Source: an uncultured cyanobacterium
GTDB lineage: Bacteria > Cyanobacteriota > Cyanobacteriia > Cyanobacteriales > CAWCAG01
Direction: 5' to 3'
Assembly (NCBI GenBank): GCA_963793425.1
Contig: CAWCAG010000009.1
Coordinates: 1,077,805-1,141,804, forward strand
Length of the DNA stretch: 64,000 nt
Shown: positions 39,364 through 48,255 of the stretch, in pieces
How positions within the stretch are numbered: the stretch's first letter is position 1
How the letters are laid out: the number at the start of each line of letters is the position of its first letter
Position numbers and translations under genes: made by a program
The notes under the pieces: model-generated
Told to the model about the DNA's origin: nothing
Databases searched by the model: none
The model's input: the letters and a program-made list of their open reading frames with translations, nothing else

Positions 39364-40254
39364 ATGAGCAAGCAATCCTTTGGTGGAGACTGGACAGAAG
39401 AAAAGTTAGAAAGGATTCGTAAATATCTTTCTGCTTACACAACTATTATGAGAAAGCAGGGATATTTTAAATATGCTTACATAGATGCTTTCGCTGGAAC
39501 AGGATATCGACAATTAAAAGACAAAAAAGAACAGGGTCAATTACTGCTTCCTGAACTTACTGAACAAGAACCACAACAATTGATGGATGGTTCAGTAAGA
39601 ATTGCGCTTCAGGTAGAACCAAGGTTTGATAAATATATTTTTATTGAAAAAGATCCAGACAAGACTTCGGAGTTGGAAAAGCTAAAAGCAGAGTTTACAG
39701 AAAAGAGCGAAGACATAATTATAGTGAATGAGGATGCTAATGCTTACCTACAAAACTTATGTGATACTAAAAATTGGCAGAAACATAGAGCAGTACTATT
39801 TTTAGATCCATTTGGTATGCAAATACCTTGGTCAACAATTGAGTTGATTGCCAAAACAGAGGCGATTGACTTGTGGTATTTATTTCCTTTGGGAGTTGCG
39901 GTTAATCGTTTATTAAAAAGAGATGGAAATATCAAAAAGTCTTGGCGAAAGAGGCTCGATGAGCTTTTTGGTACTGATGATTGGTATGATGCTTTTTATG
40001 CACCGAAAGAGCAACTAAGTTTATTCGATTACAACTCTGAGCAAATTAACGAAGTTAAAAAGATATCAACCTATGAATCGATTAGTAAATATTTTGTCAA
40101 GCGATTAGAGAATATATTCCCAGGAGTAGCAGAAAATCCTCTTGTACTTCATAACTCTTGTAATACTCCTCTGTATTTACTATGTTTTGCCGCCGCTAAT
40201 CCTAAAGGTGCAAAAACAGCAATAAGGATTGCCCAAGATATATTAAAAAAGTAA
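39364..40254 (+). CDS. tcmP: TcmP (three-Cys-motif partner)-type SAM-dependent methyltransferase
   Basis: WTEEKL..KYL.AYT, YIDAFAGTG, FIEKD, DAN, FLDPFG, PLYLLCFA motifs. Confidence 0.85.
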   Translation: MSKQSFGGDWTEEKLERIRKYLSAYTTIMRKQGYFKYAYIDAFAGTGYRQLKDKKEQGQLLLPELTEQEPQQLMDGSVRIALQVEPRFDKYIFIEKDPDKTSELEKLKAEFTEKSEDIIIVNEDANAYLQNLCDTKNWQKHRAVLFLDPFGMQIPWSTIELIAKTEAIDLWYLFPLGVAVNRLLKRDGNIKKSWRKRLDELFGTDDWYDAFYAPKEQLSLFDYNSEQINEVKKISTYESISKYFVKRLENIFPGVAENPLVLHNSCNTPLYLLCFAAANPKGAKTAIRIAQDILKK

Positions 40255-40274
40255 TTATTTCTATTAATCAGCAG

Positions 40275-41426
40275 ATGATAATATTACTCCTAATCCTAAT
40301 TAGCGGTTCCCTGTTTTTCTACTTAGCTTGTGCTTGGTTTACTTGGCGCTTCTTTGCCTCATCATCTCAAAACAATGTTAATTTTACTCCACCTGTAGCT
40401 ATTGCTATATCTGTCTGTGGTTTGGAACCTGGTGCGTGGGAAAATTGGTCATCTTTTTGTCAACAAGATTATCCTGACTATCAAATCCTATTTGGCGTTA
40501 CAGATCCTCAAGATCCGGCTCTACCTTTATTAGAAAAACTAGTAGCAACCTATCCTGAAAAAGTTAAACTTTTCTCTGGATTAGAACCAAAAGGAATTAA
40601 TCATAAAGATAGTAATCTCAACTATCTCCTGCAACAAACTGAACGAGAAATAATCATTTTTGCCGACAGTGATATTAGAGTTAATCCTTACTACATCTCT
40701 ACGATTATTAGTCCCTTAGCTGATACCCAAATTGGTATGGTAACTTGCGCTTTCATTGGCTACAATCCCCAGAGTTTGGGTGCTGGAATCGCCTCTTTTG
40801 GACGCTGTTGTGATTTTATTCCTAGCCTCCTAATTGCCCGCTTCCTTGATGGAGGGCTTAAGTGTGCCATCGGTACAACTATTGCTACTCGCAAATCTGC
40901 CCTAGCTAAATATGGCGGCTTGCATCTCAACCGTATTGGTTCTGATTATAATTTGGGTAAACGAGCCGCAGAAGCTGGATATAGAGTAGAATTGTCTCCC
41001 TATATTTTGGAGTCTGATACTGGGGAAGAAGGGGTTAAACAGGTTTATCAAAGGGAATTACGCTGGGCAAGAACTATTCGCTTCAATCGCGGGCTACAGT
41101 ACTATACAATAGCGTTTTGCTACGGTACGGTTTACTGCCTTCCTTTACTCATTGTTTCTGGTTTCGCTAACTGGGCGATCGCAGTTACTTTAATAGCCTG
41201 GACTATACGCTATGCTCAAGTATTAGTGTCCATTTCAACGATCAAAGCCCCTAACTTAATAATTTGGCTTTGGGCATTACCTCTACGAGACTTACTTAGC
41301 TTTGTAATTTGGCTAATAGGTTGCTTCGGACAAGAAGTTTATTGGCGCGGCCGCAAATTAAGAATTGAAGGAGATGGCATCATCCAAGAATCTCTCCCCG
41401 CCCATGACCTTTCTCCACGATCTTAA
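40275..41426 (+). CDS. GT2/GT21 glycosyltransferase (HpnI / ceramide glucosyltransferase-like)
   Basis: QDYPDY, GINHK, ADSDI (DxD), RELRWART motifs. Confidence 0.85.
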   Translation: MIILLLILISGSLFFYLACAWFTWRFFASSSQNNVNFTPPVAIAISVCGLEPGAWENWSSFCQQDYPDYQILFGVTDPQDPALPLLEKLVATYPEKVKLFSGLEPKGINHKDSNLNYLLQQTEREIIIFADSDIRVNPYYISTIISPLADTQIGMVTCAFIGYNPQSLGAGIASFGRCCDFIPSLLIARFLDGGLKCAIGTTIATRKSALAKYGGLHLNRIGSDYNLGKRAAEAGYRVELSPYILESDTGEEGVKQVYQRELRWARTIRFNRGLQYYTIAFCYGTVYCLPLLIVSGFANWAIAVTLIAWTIRYAQVLVSISTIKAPNLIIWLWALPLRDLLSFVIWLIGCFGQEVYWRGRKLRIEGDGIIQESLPAHDLSPRS

Positions 41427-41622
41427 AGAAGTTATGGTCAATATTTTGCCGCAGATAATAATCAAAACCTAGCCCAATCATAAACAACCTATACAAAAGT
41501 TTCACAGGTACAATTCCTATCATCATTTCATTAGAAAATGCCATGTTTTTAGGAGCAAATTTAAAATCTTGTGAATTTGTTCGGTTAACCTAGAAATAAG
41601 ACACAATACACAATCAAGTTAT

Positions 41623-42042
41623 ATGAAAGCTTCAAAGCTGTGGTTGATTTTGGGGGGAGTTGCTTTTGGAGGTTTAGGGGTTGGTATGGCTTTGACTAAT
41701 CCTAGTCCAGAAGATTATCAAGAATTCGCCGTGGGGCAACTACAAGAGATCATGGAAGAAGAAGGGTGTGATAACTTGCCGAAGGAGTTAACAGGAGGAG
41801 TAGAGATTCCTGAAGGATTAGGTAATATCCTACAAAGCCAGTGTCCTAACCTTATTAAAAGGGCTAGCCCCATCCTGAAAAGGATTATTGGTAGCAGTAC
41901 CCAAAGACAAAATTTTGTAGTTTTGAGTATTTATCGTACTGATTTTTCTCGTAATCCAGTTGCTGGTTATTTGCCTGCGGATCAATTTGCTATTTTGGCT
42001 GTGTTTAACCGTTTTTATATTTACCAAGCAGATAAAATCTAA
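41623..42042 (+). CDS. DUF4359-like protein
   Basis: N-terminal TM, TNPS..Y, two Cys, TQRQNFVVLSIYRT. Confidence 0.75.
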   Translation: MKASKLWLILGGVAFGGLGVGMALTNPSPEDYQEFAVGQLQEIMEEEGCDNLPKELTGGVEIPEGLGNILQSQCPNLIKRASPILKRIIGSSTQRQNFVVLSIYRTDFSRNPVAGYLPADQFAILAVFNRFYIYQADKI

Positions 42043-42153
42043 CTGACAGATGTTGAATAGGTAATTTGTCTAGGTTCTCCCGGTGAGTTATTTTGGGTTT
42101 AGGGTGGCATTTATTCGTGTTTTTACAGAACTTAATTCTAGAACCGCAGACTA

Positions 42154-43575
42154 ATGTCATATTGTCTCAACCCTCAGTGTTTAAGCCCGGAAAACCCTAA
42201 TCAAGAAAACTTTTGTTGTAGTTGCGGTGGTTCTTTATTATTAAGAAAACGCTACCGTGCTATTCAAGCTTTGGGGCAAGGGGGATTCGGTAGAACTTTT
42301 TTAGCTGTTGATCAAGACTTACCTGATCAGCCTCTGTGTGTGATTAAGCAACTTTATTTGCTCAGTCATGATAGCGGAGTCCAACAAAAGGCTATTCAAC
42401 TATTTAAGCAAGAAGCAGTACAGTTAAATCAGTTAGGGCAGCATGAGCAAATTCCTAGTTTACTGGCACATTTTGAAGAACAACAACACCTTTACCTTGT
42501 CCAAGAGTTAATTGAGGGGAAAACTTTGGCCCAAGAAACTTGGCAGGGAGTTAAGGATGTTGAGGGGAAAGTCTGGCAATTTTTTGATGACTTATTACCT
42601 ATATTGCAATATCTCCATACCAGGAAAGTAATTCATCGAGATATTAAACCCGATAACATCATCCGTCGCCACAATACAGCCCAACTAGTCCTCATTGACT
42701 TTGGCATTGCTAGGTTGTTTACTGATACAGCTTTAATGGGAGGGGCAACTATTGTTGGTACGGCAGAATATATGCCCCCGGAACAAACTAAGGGCAAAGT
42801 CTTACCAGCAAGTGATCTTTATAGTTTAGGGGTAACTTGCTTAAATTTGCTAACTAAGGTTTCTCCTTTCGCCATGTTTGATGTGGTAGAAGATAAATGG
42901 CTTTGGCAACAACATTTATCTCCTCAAGTTCGTTTAAGCCCTCACTTAATTAAAATTATTAACAAATTGGTAGAACCTTCCCTACGCAATCGCTATCGTT
43001 GTGTGGAGGAAGTACTGGAGGATCTGCCCAATGCGACTCAACCATCCTTAACTATCAACACAAACCATCCTCCGGTAAATAGCTTGAGTGCTGGGTTGGT
43101 TTCCGTAGGCAGAAAGGGCAATCAAGGCAAACCTGAAGCAGCAGTAGCCATTAACTACTCACATTTACGCAACTTCCTGGCTAAAAAAAAGTGGCTAGAA
43201 GCCGATGAAGAAACCTGGGCTATTTTATGTGATTTAGCCAGTAAACCTACCGGAAGTTATTTATCGCAAAGCGAGATTAAAAAATTCCCTTGCCAACATC
43301 TCCAAAAACTAGATACTTTGTGGTATCGCTACAGTAAAGGACAGTTTGGCTTCGGGGTGCAAAAGCGTATTTATGAAGAAGTAGGGGGAGAATACGATCT
43401 TTTTTGTAATCGCGTTGGTTGGCAAATCCATCGTTCTAAATCTCCCACTGCTAACTTTCAGTTTAACTTGCGATCGCCTGTAGGACATCTCCCTACTCGC
43501 CGTTGGGTAGGAGGCTATTCTTGGTGGAAACACGCTAAAGTATTGGCAAGTAAGCTAGAAGAATGCAGAATTTGA
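42154..43575 (+). CDS. Ser/Thr protein kinase with C-terminal GUN4 domain
   Basis: N-terminal Cys knuckle, LGQGGFG, HRDIKPDN, DFG; GUN4 motifs WLEADEET and YSKGQFGF. Confidence 0.92.
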   Translation: MSYCLNPQCLSPENPNQENFCCSCGGSLLLRKRYRAIQALGQGGFGRTFLAVDQDLPDQPLCVIKQLYLLSHDSGVQQKAIQLFKQEAVQLNQLGQHEQIPSLLAHFEEQQHLYLVQELIEGKTLAQETWQGVKDVEGKVWQFFDDLLPILQYLHTRKVIHRDIKPDNIIRRHNTAQLVLIDFGIARLFTDTALMGGATIVGTAEYMPPEQTKGKVLPASDLYSLGVTCLNLLTKVSPFAMFDVVEDKWLWQQHLSPQVRLSPHLIKIINKLVEPSLRNRYRCVEEVLEDLPNATQPSLTINTNHPPVNSLSAGLVSVGRKGNQGKPEAAVAINYSHLRNFLAKKKWLEADEETWAILCDLASKPTGSYLSQSEIKKFPCQHLQKLDTLWYRYSKGQFGFGVQKRIYEEVGGEYDLFCNRVGWQIHRSKSPTANFQFNLRSPVGHLPTRRWVGGYSWWKHAKVLASKLEECRI

Positions 43576-43606
43576 TTTATTGCTTTTGAATGAAGAAAAG
43601 GGAGTT

Positions 43607-43744
43607 ATGCAAGTTCAACTTAAACAGATTCTTGTACCTCCCGGTCAGCAACTTATCATGACTGATGTTAGTTGGGGAATGTATGAACAGTTGCTAGAGG
43701 AATTAGGGGAGAAAAGGGGTTCACGGATTAAAAATAGCCAATGA
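43607..43744 (+). pseudogene. Truncated Uma2-family gene (45-aa N-terminal stub)
   Basis: AGGGAG RBS then MQVQLKQILVPPGQQLIMTDVSWGMYEQLLEELGEKRGSRI, a typical Uma2 N-terminus, ending at a dispersed repeat. Confidence 0.75.
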
Positions 43745-43805
43745 TGCCTAACGGCAACGGTAAGCCAAACAATGCTCAATGTTAAATTGTGGAGTAAATA
43801 AAATT

Positions 43806-44405
43806 ATGAGTTGGCGCGATCGCCTTAATAGTTTTACTGGTAAAACCCGAATTGTTGTTAGTCGGGTTATGCTTCAACTTAATGGTTCTGAAGTTGCCCC
43901 TCTACTCGGAATCCTCAATAGTGCAGCCAGGAGTGCTGTTGAAGCAGATGGAGATTTAGAGGTTATGGGAGAAGAATTGGCGAATATTTGCCAAAGCCTT
44001 TTACAGCAGCAAATTAACTGGCAGTCTGGAGGCAATGAAGGGGACGTATTTTGGGATGAAGGTGAAGCAGGAGATTATGTCAATGAACTATTTACTGACT
44101 CTGCCCAACGCTACCTCAGTACGCCAGATTATAACGAAATTACAGCCGGAGAAACCTTCTCTTTGCCAGCAACTACAAACTTAGTAGTCATGTTAACCAT
44201 TGCTTGTGAAGGAGAATTACCAGACTTAGAAACAAATCTCGCTGCTAACATAGAAGCAATGGAGGATGGTTTAAAAGCCTTGATTAATTTACACTATCAG
44301 CGCCAACTGCGAGCAGTTCAGTTTCACTTCTCTCCAGCCCGTTTAGGTGATGAATTAACCGATGAACAGGTCTTACTTAATTTTCCTGAACTAGTTCCTC
44401 TTTGA
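43806..44405 (+). CDS. DUF1517-like protein
   Basis: Resembles cyanobacterial DUF1517 proteins (EGDVFW.E.EA, LVVMLT, D.LT..Q.L.NFP.L.PL). Confidence 0.65.
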   Translation: MSWRDRLNSFTGKTRIVVSRVMLQLNGSEVAPLLGILNSAARSAVEADGDLEVMGEELANICQSLLQQQINWQSGGNEGDVFWDEGEAGDYVNELFTDSAQRYLSTPDYNEITAGETFSLPATTNLVVMLTIACEGELPDLETNLAANIEAMEDGLKALINLHYQRQLRAVQFHFSPARLGDELTDEQVLLNFPELVPL

Positions 44406-44442
44406 AAAAAACAGCGAGAAGTTTCTCTTTATCTTTAAACTT

Positions 44443-45351
44443 ATGTTACGCAAATCCCTAATAATCTTGATGTCTCTGTCTTTATCTTGGGCAACCGTTG
44501 CTTGCGGCTCTTCTACAGATAATTACTCTTCCACCCCAAGTACCAACGTTTCTTCCCGCTCCCAAGGACAGGTTAAACAAGGAGAATATCCCGTTCAGCA
44601 AGCAGAATATAACGATGCTACGGGAGAATATAGCGTCATGCTACTCAATACCCCTGCTGGAGTAGCCCCAGTCTTCCGTACCACAGACTTACAAATGGCT
44701 CGTCTTACTGAAGAACAAATCAAGGCAGGAAAAAGCAGTCACTTAAAAGTAAATAACAATCAAGCTGTTTTGAACCTAACAGAAGATTTCAAAATTCAGT
44801 ATGTCCACAATGTTACCGAAAATCAAGTAAATCCTCAAACTGGTCGGCAGGAAGTTGTGGTAGTACGCCAAGAATCTAGCTTTTGGACACCTTTCGCTGG
44901 TGCTATAGCCGGACAAGTTGTCGCTAATGCTTTGTTTACTCCCCAATATTATGTTCCCCCTGTTTATCAGCCAGGAGTTAGTGTGATGAGAGGTTATGGC
45001 GGTTATGGTAACACCTATGATACGGCAGTAAATAGATATCAAACTCGTTATCAAGAACCCCCTGCTTCAGTAAAAAATCGCCAAGTTTTACGAACTACAG
45101 GCAACGTCAGATCAACTTCAACTCCGACAAGTCAACCCAATACAACTAACACTAAAACTAAAACCAAAACTACTACAACGACTAATACTAACCAAAATAA
45201 CAGTCGTTCTACAGGTTCAGGAGTCGGTTCTAGTGATTTGTCTCCTAGCAATAACTCTCGCAAGACAACTGCACCAAAAAAGCGTAATAGTGGTTTTGGT
45301 AGCAGCAAGCCTTCTGGCAGTAAGCCTTCTCGTTCCCGAAAAAGACGTTAA
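44443..45351 (+). CDS. Lipoprotein with low-complexity Ser/Thr/Lys/Arg tail
   Basis: TVA-C lipobox; SSFWTPFAGA motif; basic C-terminus with SGFG. Confidence 0.75.
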   Translation: MLRKSLIILMSLSLSWATVACGSSTDNYSSTPSTNVSSRSQGQVKQGEYPVQQAEYNDATGEYSVMLLNTPAGVAPVFRTTDLQMARLTEEQIKAGKSSHLKVNNNQAVLNLTEDFKIQYVHNVTENQVNPQTGRQEVVVVRQESSFWTPFAGAIAGQVVANALFTPQYYVPPVYQPGVSVMRGYGGYGNTYDTAVNRYQTRYQEPPASVKNRQVLRTTGNVRSTSTPTSQPNTTNTKTKTKTTTTTNTNQNNSRSTGSGVGSSDLSPSNNSRKTTAPKKRNSGFGSSKPSGSKPSRSRKRR

Positions 45352-45357
45352 TTTACC

Positions 45358-45382
45358 AGTAAGGTGGAATACCCACCTTACT
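45358..45382. terminator. Hairpin between convergent genes
   Basis: AGTAAGGTGG-AATAC-CCACCTTACT perfect 10-bp stem. Confidence 0.7.
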
Positions 45383-45425
45383 AAGTTTATTTGCTATTGA
45401 AGAGTCAGAAAAGGGAAAAATTTGT

Positions 45426-45638
45426 CTACGACTCAGACTCGCTTTTTACATTAACTGCTTGTGGCCCACGACGACCCTCCTCAACATCAAACTCAACACG
45501 TTGATCATTTGCCAATGATTGTAAACCGACTAAATCATTAACATGAACGAAAAGGTCTTTACCGCCATCGTCTGGTTTAATAAATCCGAAACCTTTTGTC
45601 TCGTTAAAAAATTTTACTGCGCCTGTTTTTTGCGACAT
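45426..45638 (-). CDS. Cold-shock domain protein (CspA family)
   Basis: GAVKFFN..KGFGFI (RNP1), DLFVH (RNP2), GPQAVNV. Confidence 0.95.
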   Translation of the reverse strand: MSQKTGAVKFFNETKGFGFIKPDDGGKDLFVHVNDLVGLQSLANDQRVEFDVEEGRRGPQAVNVKSESES

Positions 45639-45781
45639 ACTTCTATTCTCTACTTATTCATTTTATATTGAGCCGGTTAACCATGACCAACCGAGCGCTC
45701 ATATAAACATATAATAAGTTGATATGTTCTGCTATGTGTAATTAATTTTTGTCAAATCTTGAATCACTGTTGCCTTAGCTC

Positions 45782-46159
45782 ATGATTCCCTTAGATAGTT
45801 GGGGCAATGTAGAAACCGCAGAAGTTGTACCAGCAACCTTTGGTTATTGTAATGGCGCATCCCAACAAGCAGGAATTTTATATGACGGTACTGTAGTTCC
45901 CTGTTGTAAAGATTATGAAGGGGCAATTCCTTTGGGAAATCTGCAAGAAAAATCTCTACAAGCTATTTTAAGCGATCGCACAGCCTGCGGTTTACGGGAA
46001 GATTTCGATAAATTTAAAGTGACTAATCCCATCTGTCAACGTTGTCTGGGGGCAGATAGCAAGCAAAAAGCGGTGGTAAGGCAATTAGGTTCTATTGCTT
46101 ATTTTAAAGCTTATAGCCCAGTTATGAAGCGTTTACAACCAGGATGGGGAGAAGTTTGA
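45782..46159 (+). pseudogene. Orphan SPASM/Twitch domain (C-terminal remnant of a radical SAM gene)
   Basis: C-x9-DG.V.PCC.D...LGN...CQRC pattern; no CxxxCxxC core; in-frame TAG just upstream of the ATG. Confidence 0.7.
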
Positions 46160-46190
46160 TATTTAATTGTTCAGAGTACAAATATGAATT

Positions 46191-47288
46191 ATGCCAAAAG
46201 CACGAGTAAGCGAACTACCACTAATAGGAACTGCTGAACAATGTCTCTTTGATATTGAAAACTCTCGTGAGCGTGCTGATAAGCTTAAAGAAGTATTAGT
46301 TCCCAAGCTTGAGATGCTTTTAGACTTAGCCTGTGATCTGATTGTTGAAGTCTATGGCATAGATACGCTCTCAATATATAGAAAACCAACTACCCCGGCT
46401 CATCGTTCCGCAGCGAAGAAAACTAAACTTTTTGACATGGCTACTGCTGGTTTAGCTTTAAAGGGCCACAATTGGTTTTTTCAACAGAGGTTTGAATGTA
46501 CTTCAGATAGCTTATATGTGATTTTGTTTGGGTTAAGAGGGAGCGAAGGCAATCCCATCGTCCAAATGATGAAAAAGTATCAGGAAGAAGTTACCCAATT
46601 GCTGGGGCTTGAGGAATATCAAATTATCTCCTCAGCAATTGAATTCTTGGACAAAGATGAAGAATTAGAACTCCGGGAGTTGATCAGTAAACTCAAAATG
46701 GTTACTGAACGAGAATGGGCTAGTACCTACATTAAGGGAAGATGCTTTGCCTTGCCTATTCAAGAAATTGATTCCGCTTGGCCTTTGATCTATGACTTCG
46801 TTAGAATTTTTCCTATTTTCCGTGCTGCGGCAAATTTGCGTCTTGGTAAGGATGATTGTTTTGAGTACTATGCAGGAAGTTTTTGGACTTGGCAAAATCA
46901 GCTTCAGGGATCTTCAACTGCCATTGAAATATTTCCTGATGAAATAGATTCAACAGAAATATTCCGTGAAGGTTGTGTACGGCAGGTTTTAGTTAATACC
47001 TATGAAAGAGATCCTCAAGCTAGGCAAAAATGTATTGACTATTATGGTTCAAGTTGCTCAGTTTGTAATTTCGATTTTGGCAAAGCTTTTGGGAAATTGG
47101 GCAAAGGTTTTATTCATGTACATCATCTACGTCCCATTTCAGAAATTGCAGAGGAGTACGAAATTGATCCTATTGAAGATTTGCGTCCTGTTTGTCCAAA
47201 CTGCCATGCCATGATTCATCGACATTCACCACCATTTAGTATTGAAGAAATGAGGATTTTGTTGAAATCTAATCCTATTCAAGATTAG
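46191..47288 (+). CDS. HNH endonuclease (McrA-like C-terminus) with uncharacterised N-terminal domain
   Basis: EG...YERDP.AR..CI, CSVC, IHVHH..P, PVCPNCH.MIH motifs. Confidence 0.88.
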   Translation: MPKARVSELPLIGTAEQCLFDIENSRERADKLKEVLVPKLEMLLDLACDLIVEVYGIDTLSIYRKPTTPAHRSAAKKTKLFDMATAGLALKGHNWFFQQRFECTSDSLYVILFGLRGSEGNPIVQMMKKYQEEVTQLLGLEEYQIISSAIEFLDKDEELELRELISKLKMVTEREWASTYIKGRCFALPIQEIDSAWPLIYDFVRIFPIFRAAANLRLGKDDCFEYYAGSFWTWQNQLQGSSTAIEIFPDEIDSTEIFREGCVRQVLVNTYERDPQARQKCIDYYGSSCSVCNFDFGKAFGKLGKGFIHVHHLRPISEIAEEYEIDPIEDLRPVCPNCHAMIHRHSPPFSIEEMRILLKSNPIQD

Positions 47289-47315
47289 GGAGGAGAGTTA
47301 TAGTCTTTTTGAATC

Positions 47316-48137
47316 ATGAAAAAATATCAAACATTTTGGATTTATATCTTACTAACCGGAATCGCCTTATTAATGCTTTTTCCTTTAATTTGGCTGGTAA
47401 GTACTTCCTTAAAATCTCCTACAGAAAACATCTTCGGGTTTCCCCCTCAATTATTACCCCAAAAGCCCACCCTACAAAACTTTGCTACAGTTTGGCAAAC
47501 CTATCCTTTTGGACGCTATCTCTGGAATAGTACCTTTGTCGCTGTTTTAACCGTGGGTTTAAACAGCTTATTTTGTTCCCTAGCCGCTTATCCCTTAGCC
47601 AGGATGAACTTTAGGGGTAAAGATTTGGTTTTTGCGGGGATTGTCTCTACCATCATGATTCCTTTTCAAATCGTTATGATACCCTTATATATCCTGACGG
47701 TACGTTTAGGTTTGCTCGATAGTTATTTGGGAGTAATTTTCCCTAGTTTAGCCTCTGCTTTTGGCATCTTTTTATTGCGCCAAGCTTTTCAAGGAGTCCC
47801 TAAAGAATTAGAAGAAGCCGCCCGCATTGATGGCTGTTCAGAATTAGGCATTTGGTGGCACATTATGATTCCGGCAGTACGCCCTGCCTTAGTTACCCTC
47901 GCCATCTTTGTTTTTATTGGTTCCTGGAGTGATTTCCTCTGGCCTTTAATCGTCCTCAATGACCCTAGTTATTACACCCTACCCCGTGGTGTTGCTGACT
48001 TAGCAGGTACTTTTTCCTTAGACTGGCGTATCATCGCGGCTGGTTCAGTAATTTCCATCTTGCCAGTCCTAATTCTATTCGCCTTAGTACAACGTTACAT
48101 AATACCCACCGAAGCAGGAAGCGGAGTTAAAGGGTAA
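47316..48137 (+). CDS. Carbohydrate ABC transporter permease
   Basis: EAA motif ELEEAARIDG; about six TM segments. Confidence 0.92.
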   Translation: MKKYQTFWIYILLTGIALLMLFPLIWLVSTSLKSPTENIFGFPPQLLPQKPTLQNFATVWQTYPFGRYLWNSTFVAVLTVGLNSLFCSLAAYPLARMNFRGKDLVFAGIVSTIMIPFQIVMIPLYILTVRLGLLDSYLGVIFPSLASAFGIFLLRQAFQGVPKELEEAARIDGCSELGIWWHIMIPAVRPALVTLAIFVFIGSWSDFLWPLIVLNDPSYYTLPRGVADLAGTFSLDWRIIAAGSVISILPVLILFALVQRYIIPTEAGSGVKG

Positions 48138-48255
48138 TTGCTAGTAATTGCTAGTCAATCATGTCTACGACAACGGCAAAGCCGAACAATGATTCAGTCT
48201 ATCTCCCCATCTCCCCATCTCCCCATCTCCCCATCTCCCCAAATCCTTAACCCAA

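Noticed and set aside
38174..47288. TcmP/radical SAM cassette and the HNH nuclease as one restriction-modification system
   Set aside because: They are about 6 kb apart and separated by unrelated, native-looking genes; there is no evidence of linkage.
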